IMG/VR virus record: IMGVR_UViG_3300021431_002079
Location: 1,975 to 65,974 of that record
Source: a virus
DNA length: 64,000 nucleotides
Direction: 5' to 3' (one strand)
Part shown: positions 19,818-29,566 of the stretch, piece after piece
Position numbering within the stretch: the first letter of the stretch is position 1
Layout: each line of letters starts with the position of its first letter
Program-made: the position numbers and the translations under genes
Notes under the pieces: model-generated
Databases searched by the model: none
What the model was told of the DNA's origin: nothing
What the model saw: only the letters and a program-made list of their open reading frames with translations

Positions 19818-20447
19818 ATGAGTGGAAATAATTTTTTAAGTATATTATTTTGTTTGGGAATAGTTTACCAGTTGTTTTTCAATAACTATTCTCAGGCAAA
19901 AGTTGTTAATCATCCTGTTAAAGATACAATAGTTCTTATTAAGTCTATTGATCATCTTAAGCACCCTAAGAGATATACACTATCTAAACAAGGTAAAGAT
20001 TTTATCAAGTCAAATGAGATGTGTGTACTTCATGCTTATAATGATCCAGATCCATCAAGACGTTCAGTTGGTTGGGGACATCAGATTCAACCAGGAGAAA
20101 ATCTTGAACATATATCTCAGAGTAAAGCTGATGAGTTGTTTGAAAAAGATATAGAATGGGTTAATGATGCTATTAATAGATTGATTTCACAACATGATAG
20201 CAGGTTTATTTATTCGCAAGGGTTTATAGATGGTTTAGGAGACCTTATATATAATTGTGGAGAACGTGGAGTTACTTTGACAGAGTTTTGGGACCGTTGG
20301 AACAGATGTAGATATGATAGTTCTCAACCAGGTTATATAAACAAAAATGATCTTAATTATACTATAGCAAGTATTAAAACCGCACGAATTTCAGCAAAAG
20401 GTCATATTGAACGTAGATATGAAACACATAAGATAATGTTAAACTAA
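19818..20447 (+). CDS. GH24 (T4-lysozyme-like) muramidase with N-terminal signal peptide / signal anchor
   Basis: hydrophobic N-terminus FLSILFCLGIVYQLFF..SQA; catalytic-region pattern SNEMCVLHAYNDPDPSRRSVGWGHQI matches E...AYxD...G..(T)IGxGH of phage lysozymes. Confidence 0.55.
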   Translation: MSGNNFLSILFCLGIVYQLFFNNYSQAKVVNHPVKDTIVLIKSIDHLKHPKRYTLSKQGKDFIKSNEMCVLHAYNDPDPSRRSVGWGHQIQPGENLEHISQSKADELFEKDIEWVNDAINRLISQHDSRFIYSQGFIDGLGDLIYNCGERGVTLTEFWDRWNRCRYDSSQPGYINKNDLNYTIASIKTARISAKGHIERRYETHKIMLN

Positions 20448-20448
20448 T

Positions 20449-20826
20449 ATGAAAAAGATTTTAATATTTTTAATTTCTATTGTTATTTTGTTAAGTTGTG
20501 ATAAGGCAGATAGAATAGATCATCAAGACAAAGATTACATTTATGTTTGGCAGTATAATGGAAATGATTCTTCATTAGTTAGATTTAATCAACCACGATA
20601 TGTTAAATTTAATGTTTATGGAGGGCACCACAAAAACCATCATATTAAAGTTGATTTTAATGATGGTTATTATAGATGTTATTCATTATCCTTACATAAC
20701 ATTCCAAATAGATGTGAATTAGTTAATCAAGCACAAAGGGCATACACTAATGGGCACCCTATAGTTGGGATATTTAAAGAGGTTTATTACCCGTATCACG
20801 ACTATATATTTATAAGATACGAGTAA
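20449..20826 (+). CDS. putative lipoprotein (possible o-spanin-like lysis accessory or exclusion lipoprotein)
   Basis: MKKILIFLISIVILLSC with lipobox LLSC; directly follows the lysozyme gene (1-nt gap). Confidence 0.45.
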   Translation: MKKILIFLISIVILLSCDKADRIDHQDKDYIYVWQYNGNDSSLVRFNQPRYVKFNVYGGHHKNHHIKVDFNDGYYRCYSLSLHNIPNRCELVNQAQRAYTNGHPIVGIFKEVYYPYHDYIFIRYE

Positions 20827-20831
20827 GTATG

Positions 20832-20861
20832 GTCTGTATGTTATATATTTAACATACAGAC
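20832..20861 (+). terminator. strong hairpin (11-bp perfect stem), probable terminator
   Basis: gtctgtatgtt-atatattt-aacatacagac followed by T-rich tract. Confidence 0.35.
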
Positions 20862-20916
20862 TTTGCATTTAAATATATTTTGTTTATTTTTAATTATATA
20901 TATATTTATGCATTAG

Positions 20917-23022
20917 ATGAAGTCTTTTCCAAGTTCACTTAATGAATCTAAATCATCACTTGGTATTTCAAATGCAGCGAAATATGAGAAAGCATTTGAT
21001 TTAGATAGAATTAAGTCTGGAGCTCTTAATTTAAATAAAACAGCCCCAGTTGTACAAGAATTATTAAAACCACAAAATATTAATATTTCTAACTATCAAG
21101 GTTATCAGCAAATGTATTATGTAGATAACCCTAAGCATCTTGCATCTTTAGATTCTAATACAAGTAGATCACCAGAAGATCAACCAGTTTATTATGAAAA
21201 CCCATTAGAGTTGCCAGCAGATATTATAGCATTAGCAAAAGATTATGAATGGGTTTATAAAAATGGTTTACAAACATTAATAGGAGTAAACAGAAAAAAA
21301 GATCAAGCTACAGCGACGGTTGCAACTACATCTGTATCACCATCAATGTTTAATCCAATGTATGGTGTAATTGTCAAAGGTATAACAGCTAATACCCCAT
21401 TATTAAATGATGTGACAGATAAAAGTTTAAACCCAAAAATTGGTGATTGTTCAATACGTACATTATGTGCATTATCAAAACAAAAACAAAGTGAATTAGG
21501 ACAGGCAAGATACAAGTATGCGGACTTTATGTATTGTAAAGATCTCGGTAAAATACCAAATAACCATTTAATAACATTACGTAAGTTCCCATTTCCTGTT
21601 GGAGATAATATATTTGAAGAAACGGGTCCAAAATTCTATAGAGGAAAATATGGGTATCAAATGCCTGGAGATGTAGGTAGAATGATAACATGGTTTGGTA
21701 CTGAAGAAAACAAACTTGAAAATATATGTAAGTATGATTTTCATGCAACATGGAAACCTCTTGAATCACAAATTGAACAAAAAGATACAACTGCAGATGA
21801 TCAAACAACTGGTTTTATTGGTTTATTAGAAAATTCATTTGGTGCTGGTTATAATTCTGGAGTTGCTAATGGCTCTGTTGGTACACATAGTATTTGGACA
21901 AAACTTGCATCAACAGTTACAGGAAATATCCCAATTGTAAGTAAATATTTAGATCCAACACAAGGTATAGGTAAAAATAATGAGTTGTTAAAAAACTACG
22001 ATAGAAATAAAGTTTATGAGCCAAAAAACACTATTCAATCAACACATATATATGAAGGTAAATTATTGTTTAATCAACAATTTGATTTGACTTTTACATA
22101 TCAGTTGAAAGCGTATGATAACATTAATCCTCGTTCAGCTATGTTAGATTTACTCGGTAATATATTAGAAGTAACATATCGTAGAGGTGTTTTCTGGGGT
22201 GGTTCACGTAAGCTAATTGGTCCTGCACAAGATACATCGTTATATCATAAAGTTAGTAGTATTGTAGATAAATCATTTGATGGTTTAGGAGATTTCTTTA
22301 ATGGTTTAGCATCAGGATCAATTACTATGAATTCACTTCTTGGTTCATTGTCATCAAGTGTTAAAAATTTTTTAAATGGAGTTACAGAAATAGCAAAAAA
22401 CCCATCAGATGCATTTAATAATCTAACAGGAGCATTAAAAAATGCATTATCTGGTATTAATCTAACAGGTGCATCAAAAGGTTTAATATTAAATGCTTTA
22501 GGTCGTCCAACATTATATGCATGGCAGAGTTTATTATCTGGAGATCCTGTTGGTTTATGGCATGTGACTATTGGTAACCCTCGTAATCCTATATTAGCTA
22601 TTGGTAATTTAATATTGGATAATACACAAGTGATACAGAGTGGCCCATTAGGCTTAGATGATTTCCCAACAGAATTAAAAGTTATAGTTACATTAAAACA
22701 TGCAAAGCCTCGCGATGTTGTAGATATATCAAGAATGTATACAAGAGGTGCTGCAGCAATATATCAACCATTAGGTAAAAATAGTGTTAGTAGATTTTTT
22801 GGTAAAAGCAATAGCTATATAACACCAAATAATGAAAAAGATGTCAATAAACTAGTTGAACAAGAAACACAAAATATAATGAAAGAACCTGATGAAGATA
22901 CAGAATTTTTTACAAATGGGTTATCTAATCCATTTTTAACAACAAATGATGAGGTTAGAATAAATAGAACAAATAACTGGAGTAATACAATGTTCTCTAT
23001 GGCCATGCAAGAAATAGCATAA
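20917..23022 (+). CDS. hypothetical protein (701 aa), probable virion structural protein
   Basis: long ORF; Gly/Ser/Asn-rich helical segment (GLASGSITMNSLLGSLSSSVKNFLNG...); no enzymatic motif. Confidence 0.5.
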   Translation: MKSFPSSLNESKSSLGISNAAKYEKAFDLDRIKSGALNLNKTAPVVQELLKPQNINISNYQGYQQMYYVDNPKHLASLDSNTSRSPEDQPVYYENPLELPADIIALAKDYEWVYKNGLQTLIGVNRKKDQATATVATTSVSPSMFNPMYGVIVKGITANTPLLNDVTDKSLNPKIGDCSIRTLCALSKQKQSELGQARYKYADFMYCKDLGKIPNNHLITLRKFPFPVGDNIFEETGPKFYRGKYGYQMPGDVGRMITWFGTEENKLENICKYDFHATWKPLESQIEQKDTTADDQTTGFIGLLENSFGAGYNSGVANGSVGTHSIWTKLASTVTGNIPIVSKYLDPTQGIGKNNELLKNYDRNKVYEPKNTIQSTHIYEGKLLFNQQFDLTFTYQLKAYDNINPRSAMLDLLGNILEVTYRRGVFWGGSRKLIGPAQDTSLYHKVSSIVDKSFDGLGDFFNGLASGSITMNSLLGSLSSSVKNFLNGVTEIAKNPSDAFNNLTGALKNALSGINLTGASKGLILNALGRPTLYAWQSLLSGDPVGLWHVTIGNPRNPILAIGNLILDNTQVIQSGPLGLDDFPTELKVIVTLKHAKPRDVVDISRMYTRGAAAIYQPLGKNSVSRFFGKSNSYITPNNEKDVNKLVEQETQNIMKEPDEDTEFFTNGLSNPFLTTNDEVRINRTNNWSNTMFSMAMQEIA

Positions 23023-23044
23023 TTATATATAAATGAAAAAATAA

Positions 23045-23716
23045 ATGAAAAACATAAATAGCTACATACAAGAGAAGCTAAATTTATCCACTAAGTATAC
23101 CTGTAAACCAAAAACTTTGGTAGACCTTGAAAATATAATAGGAGAGCGTCTTGAAAAAAATAAAGATGCCAACTTAAATGATATAGATGTATCAGAAATA
23201 ACGGATATGTCATATTTATTTGGTGATTTAGACCCACATAATATAGACATAAGTGAATGGGATGTGTCAAATGTTAAAGATATGCGAGCTATGTTTCAGT
23301 ATTGTGAAAATTTTAATTGTGATTTAAGCTATTGGGACGTTTCCAATGTTACAGATATGTTTGAGATGTTTTATGGATGTAAAAATTTTAACTGTGATTT
23401 ATCTGAGTGGAACGTCTCAAAAGTTACAGATATGAATGGTATGTTTTTTAATTGTGAAAAATTTAATTCTGATTTGAGTGAATGGAATGTCTCAAATGTC
23501 GAAGATATGAGATGGATGTTTAAAAATTGTATAAATTTTAATTCTGATTTAAGTGATTGGGGTGTTTCAAATGTTGAAAACATGAACAATATGTTTTATG
23601 GGTGCGAGAAATTTAATTGTGATTTAAGTAATTGGGATATATCTAATGTTAAATATAAAAATGGGATGTTTGTTGGGTGTAACTTATTAAAAAATATACC
23701 AACTTGGTACAAATGA
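23045..23716 (+). CDS. DUF285 / 26-residue-repeat protein with CTS-like leader (paralog 1 of 7)
   Basis: MKNINSYIQEKLNLS leader; 6 repeats of FxxCxxFNxDLSxWxVSNVxxMxxMF; ends ...NIPTWYK; stop overlaps next ATG (ATGA). Confidence 0.75.
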   Translation: MKNINSYIQEKLNLSTKYTCKPKTLVDLENIIGERLEKNKDANLNDIDVSEITDMSYLFGDLDPHNIDISEWDVSNVKDMRAMFQYCENFNCDLSYWDVSNVTDMFEMFYGCKNFNCDLSEWNVSKVTDMNGMFFNCEKFNSDLSEWNVSNVEDMRWMFKNCINFNSDLSDWGVSNVENMNNMFYGCEKFNCDLSNWDISNVKYKNGMFVGCNLLKNIPTWYK

Positions 23717-24312
23717 AAAACATAAATAGCTACATACAAGAAAAACTTAATTTATCTAAAGACATTATTAAACCAAAAGATAAAAAGCAACTTAGAAAGA
23801 TAATAGAAGAGCGTCTTAAAGAAAATAAAGATGCTAACTTAAATGATATAGATGTATCAAATATAACAAATATGGCATTTTTGTTTAAAGGATTAGACCC
23901 ACATAATATAGATATTAGTGAATGGGATGTTAGTAATGTTAAAGATATGAATTATATGTTTGCACATTGTGATTATTTTAATTCTGACCTAAGTGAGTGG
24001 GATGTTAGTAATGTTGAAGATATGAAATATATGTTTTATTATTGTGAAAACTTTAATTGTGACATAAGTAATTGGGATGTTTCACATGTTAAAAATATGA
24101 TTGCTATGTTTGAAGGGTGTGAAAAATTTAACAGTGATTTATCTAACTGGGATGTTAGTAATGTTGAAGATATGAGATGGATGCTTAATAAATGTCATAA
24201 TTTTAATTGTGATTTAAATGATTGGAATGTCTCTAATGTAAAAAATATGAGTTATATGTTTTATGGGTGTAACTCATTAGAAAATATACCAACTTGGTAC
24301 AAAAACAAATGA
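23713..24312 (+). CDS. DUF285 / 26-residue-repeat protein with CTS-like leader (paralog 2)
   Basis: identical leader MKNINSYIQEKLNLS (first about 30 nt identical to 23045); 5 repeats; start chosen at internal MK of track ORF 23704. Confidence 0.75.
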   Translation: MKNINSYIQEKLNLSKDIIKPKDKKQLRKIIEERLKENKDANLNDIDVSNITNMAFLFKGLDPHNIDISEWDVSNVKDMNYMFAHCDYFNSDLSEWDVSNVEDMKYMFYYCENFNCDISNWDVSHVKNMIAMFEGCEKFNSDLSNWDVSNVEDMRWMLNKCHNFNCDLNDWNVSNVKNMSYMFYGCNSLENIPTWYKNK

Positions 24313-24908
24313 AAAAAATAAATACATATATAAATGAGAAGTTAAATTTATCTGCTCATAAATATACTTGTAAACCAAAAGATAAAGATGAACTTAGAGA
24401 TATAATAAAGGAACGTCTTGAGAAAGATAAAAATGTCAATCTAAATGATATAGATGTATCAGGTATAACAGATATGTCATATTTATTTTATGAGTTAGAT
24501 CCTCACAACATAGATATAAGTGAGTGGGACGTTTCTAATGTTACAGATATGTTTGAGATGTTTTGGGGATGTAAAAATTTTAATTCAAATTTGTCTAATT
24601 GGGATGTATCAAAAGTTACAGATATGAATGGTATGTTTTTTAATTGTGAAAAATTTAATTCTGATTTGAGTGAATGGAATGTCTTAAATGTTGAAGATAT
24701 GGGATTAATGTTTAAAAATTGTATAAATTTTAATTCTGATTTAAGTAACTGGGATGTATTAAATGTTATTAATATATTTAATATGTTTAATGGATGTAAA
24801 AAATTTGATTGTGATTTAAGTAATTGGGATATATCTAATGTTAAATATAAAAATGGGATGTTTGTTGGGTGTAACTTATTAAAAAATATACCAAACTGGT
24901 ACAAATGA
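24309..24908 (+). CDS. DUF285 / 26-residue-repeat protein with CTS-like leader (paralog 3)
   Basis: MKKINTYINEKLNLS; 5 repeats; ATGA overlap. Confidence 0.75.
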   Translation: MKKINTYINEKLNLSAHKYTCKPKDKDELRDIIKERLEKDKNVNLNDIDVSGITDMSYLFYELDPHNIDISEWDVSNVTDMFEMFWGCKNFNSNLSNWDVSKVTDMNGMFFNCEKFNSDLSEWNVLNVEDMGLMFKNCINFNSDLSNWDVLNVINIFNMFNGCKKFDCDLSNWDISNVKYKNGMFVGCNLLKNIPNWYK

Positions 24909-25504
24909 AAAAAATAAATACATATATAAATGAGAAGCTAAACATATCAACTAAGTATGCATACAAACCAAAAAATAAAATGGAATTAATAGATTTAGTT
25001 TCAGACCGTATTGAACATAACCCAAATGCAAGCTTAAACGATATAGATGTATCAGGTATAACAGATATGTCATATTTATTTGAACTTGAAGATCCTTATA
25101 ATATAGATATAAGTGAATGGGATGTAAGTAATGTTACAAATATGAGTAATATGTTTAGTGTATGTGAGAATTTAAATTGCGATATATCTAATTGGGATGT
25201 TAGCAATGTTACAGATATGAGTGGTATGTTTTGGGGTTGTAAGAATTTTGATTGCGATTTAAGTGGTTGGGATGTCTCAAGTGTTGAAGATATGAATTCT
25301 ATGTTTCGTATGTGTTATAAATTTAATTCAAACATAAGTGGTTGGGATGTTAGCAATGTTAAAAATATAACTTGTATGTTTATGAATTGTGACAAGTTTA
25401 ATTGTGATTTGAACAATTGGCCTATACGAAAATATACCCGTATGTTTAGTGCATTTTATGGGTGTGATTCATTAAAAAATAAACCAAAGTGGTACAAAAG
25501 TTAA
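24905..25504 (+). CDS. DUF285 / 26-residue-repeat protein with CTS-like leader (paralog 4)
   Basis: MKKINTYINEKLNIS (5' 33 nt identical to 24309); 5 repeats. Confidence 0.75.
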   Translation: MKKINTYINEKLNISTKYAYKPKNKMELIDLVSDRIEHNPNASLNDIDVSGITDMSYLFELEDPYNIDISEWDVSNVTNMSNMFSVCENLNCDISNWDVSNVTDMSGMFWGCKNFDCDLSGWDVSSVEDMNSMFRMCYKFNSNISGWDVSNVKNITCMFMNCDKFNCDLNNWPIRKYTRMFSAFYGCDSLKNKPKWYKS

Positions 25505-25954
25505 ATGAAAGCTATAGATACATACATAAATGAAAAATTAAATTTATCTACACAGTATACTTGTAAACCAAAAGATTCAGATGAACTTAGACGTATAATA
25601 AAGGAACGTATTGAGAAAGATAAAGATGCTAATTTAAACGACATAGATGTATCAGATATAACAGATATGAATGCTTTATTTTATTCATTAGATCCTTATA
25701 ATATAGATTTATCTGAATGGGAGGTCTCAAATGTTGAAGACATGGATTATATGTTTATGAACTGTACTAAATTTAATTGTGATTTATCTTGTTGGGATGT
25801 CTCAAATGTTAAAAGTATGAACAAAATGTTTTATGATTGTAAAAAATTTAATACTAACTTAAATGATTGGGAGGTCTCAAATGTTAAGAGTATGAATTAT
25901 ATATTTGATGGATGTACATCATTAAAAAATAAACCTAACTGGTATAAAAGTTAA
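25505..25954 (+). CDS. DUF285 / 26-residue-repeat protein with CTS-like leader (paralog 5, 3 repeats)
   Basis: MKAIDTYINEKLNLS; shortest copy (149 aa). Confidence 0.75.
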   Translation: MKAIDTYINEKLNLSTQYTCKPKDSDELRRIIKERIEKDKDANLNDIDVSDITDMNALFYSLDPYNIDLSEWEVSNVEDMDYMFMNCTKFNCDLSCWDVSNVKSMNKMFYDCKKFNTNLNDWEVSNVKSMNYIFDGCTSLKNKPNWYKS

Positions 25955-26626
25955 ATGAAAGCTATAGATACATACATAAATGAGAAACTAAATTTATCTA
26001 CTAAGTATACTTGTAAACCAAAAAATAATGATGAGCTTAGGAAGATAATAATAGAGCGTCTTAATAAAAATGAAGATGTAAATTTGAACGATATAGATGT
26101 ATCAGATATAACAGATATGTCATTTTTATTTGATAGATTAGGTCCTCATAATATAGATATAAGTGAGTGGGATGTCTCAAATGTTACAGATATGAATGCT
26201 ATGTTTTATGATTGTGATAATTTTAATTGTGATTTAAGTGAATGGGATGTCTCTAATGTTACAAATATGCATTCTATGTTTTTAAATTGTGAAAAATTTA
26301 ATAGCGATTTAAGTAACTGGGATGTTAGTAATGTTAAAAATATGTATAGAATGTTTTATAATTGTGATAATTTTAATTCTGATTTAAGTGAGTGGGATGT
26401 ATCTAATGTCACAAATATGACATGTATGTTTGAATGGTGTCAAAAATTTAATTGTGACTTAAGTGATTGGGATGTCTCAAATGTTACAAATATGTATAGA
26501 ATGTTTTATAATTGTAATAATTTTAATTCTGATTTAAGTGAGTGGGATGTTAGTAATGTTGAAGATATGTATAAGATGTTTTATGGTTGTATATCTTTAA
26601 AAAATAAACCTAGTTGGTACTTATGA
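25955..26626 (+). CDS. DUF285 / 26-residue-repeat protein with CTS-like leader (paralog 6, 6 repeats)
   Basis: MKAIDTYINEKLNLS identical leader to 25505; conserved junction ...WYKS-TAA-ATG. Confidence 0.75.
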   Translation: MKAIDTYINEKLNLSTKYTCKPKNNDELRKIIIERLNKNEDVNLNDIDVSDITDMSFLFDRLGPHNIDISEWDVSNVTDMNAMFYDCDNFNCDLSEWDVSNVTNMHSMFLNCEKFNSDLSNWDVSNVKNMYRMFYNCDNFNSDLSEWDVSNVTNMTCMFEWCQKFNCDLSDWDVSNVTNMYRMFYNCNNFNSDLSEWDVSNVEDMYKMFYGCISLKNKPSWYL

Positions 26627-26994
26627 AAACAATAAACAACTACATAAATGAGAAACTAAATTTATCTAAGTATACTTGTAAACCAAAAGATAAAGAAGAG
26701 CTTAGAAAGATAATATGGAAGCGTCTTGAGAAAGATAAAGATGCTAATTTAAACGACATAGATGTATCAGGTATAAAAGGTATGTCATGGTTATTTTATA
26801 ATTTAGATCCTCATGACATAGATATAAGTGAGTGGGATGTTTCAAATGTTGAGGATATGGGAGGTATGTTTAGTGGATGTAAAAATTTTAATTCAGATTT
26901 AAGTGATTGGGATGTGTCTAATGTTGTAAATATGGATAACATGTTTGATGGATGTACATCTCTAAAAAATAAACCAAGCTGGTATAAAAGATAA
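26623..26994 (+). CDS. DUF285 / 26-residue-repeat protein with CTS-like leader (paralog 7, 2-3 repeats)
   Basis: MKTINNYINEKLNLS; start chosen at internal MK of track ORF 26614. Confidence 0.7.
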   Translation: MKTINNYINEKLNLSKYTCKPKDKEELRKIIWKRLEKDKDANLNDIDVSGIKGMSWLFYNLDPHDIDISEWDVSNVEDMGGMFSGCKNFNSDLSDWDVSNVVNMDNMFDGCTSLKNKPSWYKR

Positions 26995-27065
26995 TTAAAA
27001 TTATTTTTTAACTTTTTTAACATTATTTCTATTTTATATTTATATATAAAGCTTAAATTAAATAT

Positions 27066-28115
27066 ATGAATAATTTATTGTACATTGGTCTTAATGGATT
27101 AGCTGGTTCTGGTAAAGATACTGTAGCTAAAATGCTTAAGACTATTTTATCAAAAGATTGGGAGACATTAGAAGAATGTAAGAAATATTATTTTTCAGTA
27201 TACACTAATCCTACACAATCAGCAACATTTCCGCCAACACCAGAAGATGAACATTCTCCAGTGATGTGTATTGCATATGCAGATCAACTTAAAGAAATAT
27301 GTTCATCAATATTTGGAATTCCTATTAAAAGATTTTATCAAAACAAATCAAATGCTTGGATATGTTTTAATGATAAATTCCAGTATACTGAGATAAAACC
27401 TAATCCTGAAAATATATTAACAGCTGAAGAGTATTATTATAATGTTTCAGGTTATAGTGTTGATTCTGATGTCAAATATTGGATGTCTTTACGAGAGGTC
27501 TTAGTTTATGTTGGTACTTATGTATTACAGCAAAACGTTAACAAACATATTTTTGTTAATATTGTTAGAAACAAAATTCGTGAAGCACAATGTAGGAATC
27601 ATAATTTGAAATATGTTATTATCACTGATAATAGATTTAAACATGAATTAGATTATATTTATGAGAACAATGGAACAACAATAACTATAACTCGTAATTC
27701 TGTTGAACAACTTGATAATGTTGCTGAACATCAGTTGGATGATGAAGAAAATTATGATTATGTTATAGATAATTCAGGATCTTATGATGAATTGTTTACA
27801 ACTATATGGGATATAATTCATAATGATATAATATTTAAGAATAAAACTATTGAATTATATACTAGAGATAATATTAATAATTACTTACGATTAGTTGAAA
27901 GTAATGAACAACGAGATATATATCAGTTATGTTTACCATATAAAATTCAAAAATTATATCGAAATGAAGGTAAAATAACAATGATAGATCCGACAGGTGG
28001 TCCATTAATATGTGTTGGAGAAAAAATAGAAGGAACTGATATTATACCTAATTATATATCCATGGATGAATCAAAAATACATAATGATTTCTTACTATGG
28101 GTAACAAAGGAATAG
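27066..28115 (+). CDS. P-loop kinase, dNMP-kinase (T4 gp1)-like N-terminal domain
   Basis: IGLNGLAGSGKDTVAKML matches the GxxxSGKDT P-loop of T4-type deoxynucleoside monophosphate kinases; C-terminal about 150 aa extra. Confidence 0.5.
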   Translation: MNNLLYIGLNGLAGSGKDTVAKMLKTILSKDWETLEECKKYYFSVYTNPTQSATFPPTPEDEHSPVMCIAYADQLKEICSSIFGIPIKRFYQNKSNAWICFNDKFQYTEIKPNPENILTAEEYYYNVSGYSVDSDVKYWMSLREVLVYVGTYVLQQNVNKHIFVNIVRNKIREAQCRNHNLKYVIITDNRFKHELDYIYENNGTTITITRNSVEQLDNVAEHQLDDEENYDYVIDNSGSYDELFTTIWDIIHNDIIFKNKTIELYTRDNINNYLRLVESNEQRDIYQLCLPYKIQKLYRNEGKITMIDPTGGPLICVGEKIEGTDIIPNYISMDESKIHNDFLLWVTKE

Positions 28116-28930
28116 CGAAAGTTATTCCTTTTTTGTTATTTTTAAATAACATGCTAGATAAATCAGAAACATACATAAAAGAGTTATCTCATGCCATAAT
28201 TAACATATATAAATTATGGATAGAAGAAATGGGTTACGATTTTGGTGATACTAATAATTTTATTGAATACCGTAACTATTTAGCTAGTGAGCCTATGACA
28301 ATGACCGGTAATGATGGTCCAGATAATTTATTAGATGATTTCTCATTAGTAGGTATGGAAGATTTTTCTAATTATGAAGGCGAATTAATATCTGTAAACA
28401 AGTTATGGGAGTTATTTCCATCAGGTAATAAAAATTATATAGCAGCCGCAGTGTCAGCATTAGACAAATATGGGGCAAAAGTTGGTTTGACTAATAAAGG
28501 AAAGATAATGATACTTGGTCAGTTTGCTCATGAGTCTGGTCACTTTAACTTTACAAGAGAGATTGGTAGAGGTACAGGTAGATCTTACGGTAAACCTGCA
28601 GGTCCGTATAGACAGATTTATTATGGGAGAGGACCAATACAGATAACATGGGAACAAAACTATAAATATATAACAGAGCGATGTTTTCCAATTATTGGTT
28701 TAGATGCTGACATACATAGAAATCCTGACTTATGTTGTACAAATTTAGAGATAGGGTGTGCAGCATCATTATGTTGGTTTATGATACCAGGAAATGGCAG
28801 GCTTGGGATATCTGCAGCAAACTCTGGAGATATACGAACATTAACTAAAGCTATAAATGGTGGATATAATGGGTTAAAAGATAGAATAGAATGTACTAAA
28901 AAAATAATTGGTGCCGCAACTAAAAAATAA
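28097..28930 (+). CDS. GH19 (class I chitinase-like) peptidoglycan hydrolase / endolysin
   Basis: GQFAHESGHFNFTREIGRG ... YYGRGPIQITWEQNY matches the GH19 catalytic signature (QxAHETxxxxxxxE ... YxGRGxIQLTxxxNY); true start may be the downstream MLDKSE. Confidence 0.6.
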   Translation: MGNKGIAKVIPFLLFLNNMLDKSETYIKELSHAIINIYKLWIEEMGYDFGDTNNFIEYRNYLASEPMTMTGNDGPDNLLDDFSLVGMEDFSNYEGELISVNKLWELFPSGNKNYIAAAVSALDKYGAKVGLTNKGKIMILGQFAHESGHFNFTREIGRGTGRSYGKPAGPYRQIYYGRGPIQITWEQNYKYITERCFPIIGLDADIHRNPDLCCTNLEIGCAASLCWFMIPGNGRLGISAANSGDIRTLTKAINGGYNGLKDRIECTKKIIGAATKK

Positions 28931-28937
28931 TACACAC

Positions 28938-29549
28938 ATGGAAAAAACTAAACAAGAATCAAAAAACAATAAAAATAAAAAAATAAATGTCGAATTAATA
29001 TTAGATAAAAAAACAAATAAGTATTATACTAATGAAAGTATATTAATCGGTATTTCTCGACATGTTTTCTTAAATGCTGGTTATGTATTAGATCCAAACG
29101 GTAACCCAGTATTTGCAGGAGATGACTTAAGTCCTGGATTGTTTACTAGAAATGTTAGTGGGTGGGATATCCAAAAAGCATGTCAATGGGTGCATAATCA
29201 TGCAGGAGCATCTTCATTACATCAGTGTGCAAAATATATTAGATGTGGAATAGAAGCCGGTGGTGTTAGTACAACAGGACGACCAGCTTGGGCATGGAAA
29301 TATATAAATTTTTTACCAAGTATTGGATTTAAGTTTATAGATAAAGTGGATAATGATTATAATGGAGAACATGGATCTTATACTCCACAACCAGGTGATA
29401 TAGCAGTTTACACAAAAGGAGGAGATACTAATGCACCTGGTCATATATGTATGTGGACTGGCGCAGAATGGGCATCTGATTTTAGACAGAAAAAAATGAT
29501 AGTATACTCAAGTACTCCACAAGCATACATTTTTAGATTTGAATCATAA
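28938..29549 (+). CDS. CHAP-domain peptidase (cell-wall amidase/endopeptidase)
   Basis: Cys in HQCAKYIRCGIEAGG and His in GDIAVYTKGGDTNAPGHICMWTG, with CHAP-like spacing. Confidence 0.5.
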   Translation: MEKTKQESKNNKNKKINVELILDKKTNKYYTNESILIGISRHVFLNAGYVLDPNGNPVFAGDDLSPGLFTRNVSGWDIQKACQWVHNHAGASSLHQCAKYIRCGIEAGGVSTTGRPAWAWKYINFLPSIGFKFIDKVDNDYNGEHGSYTPQPGDIAVYTKGGDTNAPGHICMWTGAEWASDFRQKKMIVYSSTPQAYIFRFES

Positions 29550-29566
29550 TTATTTATATAGAGAAT

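Larger units (their letters stand above)
23045..26994 (+). repeat. tandem array of 7 paralogous leader-tagged DUF285 genes (gene-level tandem repeat)
   Basis: head-to-tail genes with conserved junctions, identical 30-33-nt 5' ends and variable internal repeat number. Confidence 0.8.

Noticed and set aside
23045-26994. Regular about 75-78-nt periodicity that could superficially resemble a CRISPR or satellite array
   Set aside because: Periodicity is in-frame protein repeats (26-residue repeat). There are no identical direct repeats separated by unique spacers, no leader or cas context, and the reading frames are long and clean.
23062-27023. Minus-strand ORFs inside the DUF285 arrays (23062-23250, 23371-23589, 24503-24904, 26811-27023, 45824-46066, 46203-46700)
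   Set aside because: Antisense frames of the repetitive DUF285 coding sequence (repeating SELKF/LKSEL patterns), with no independent signals. The plus-strand genes have conserved starts and junctions.
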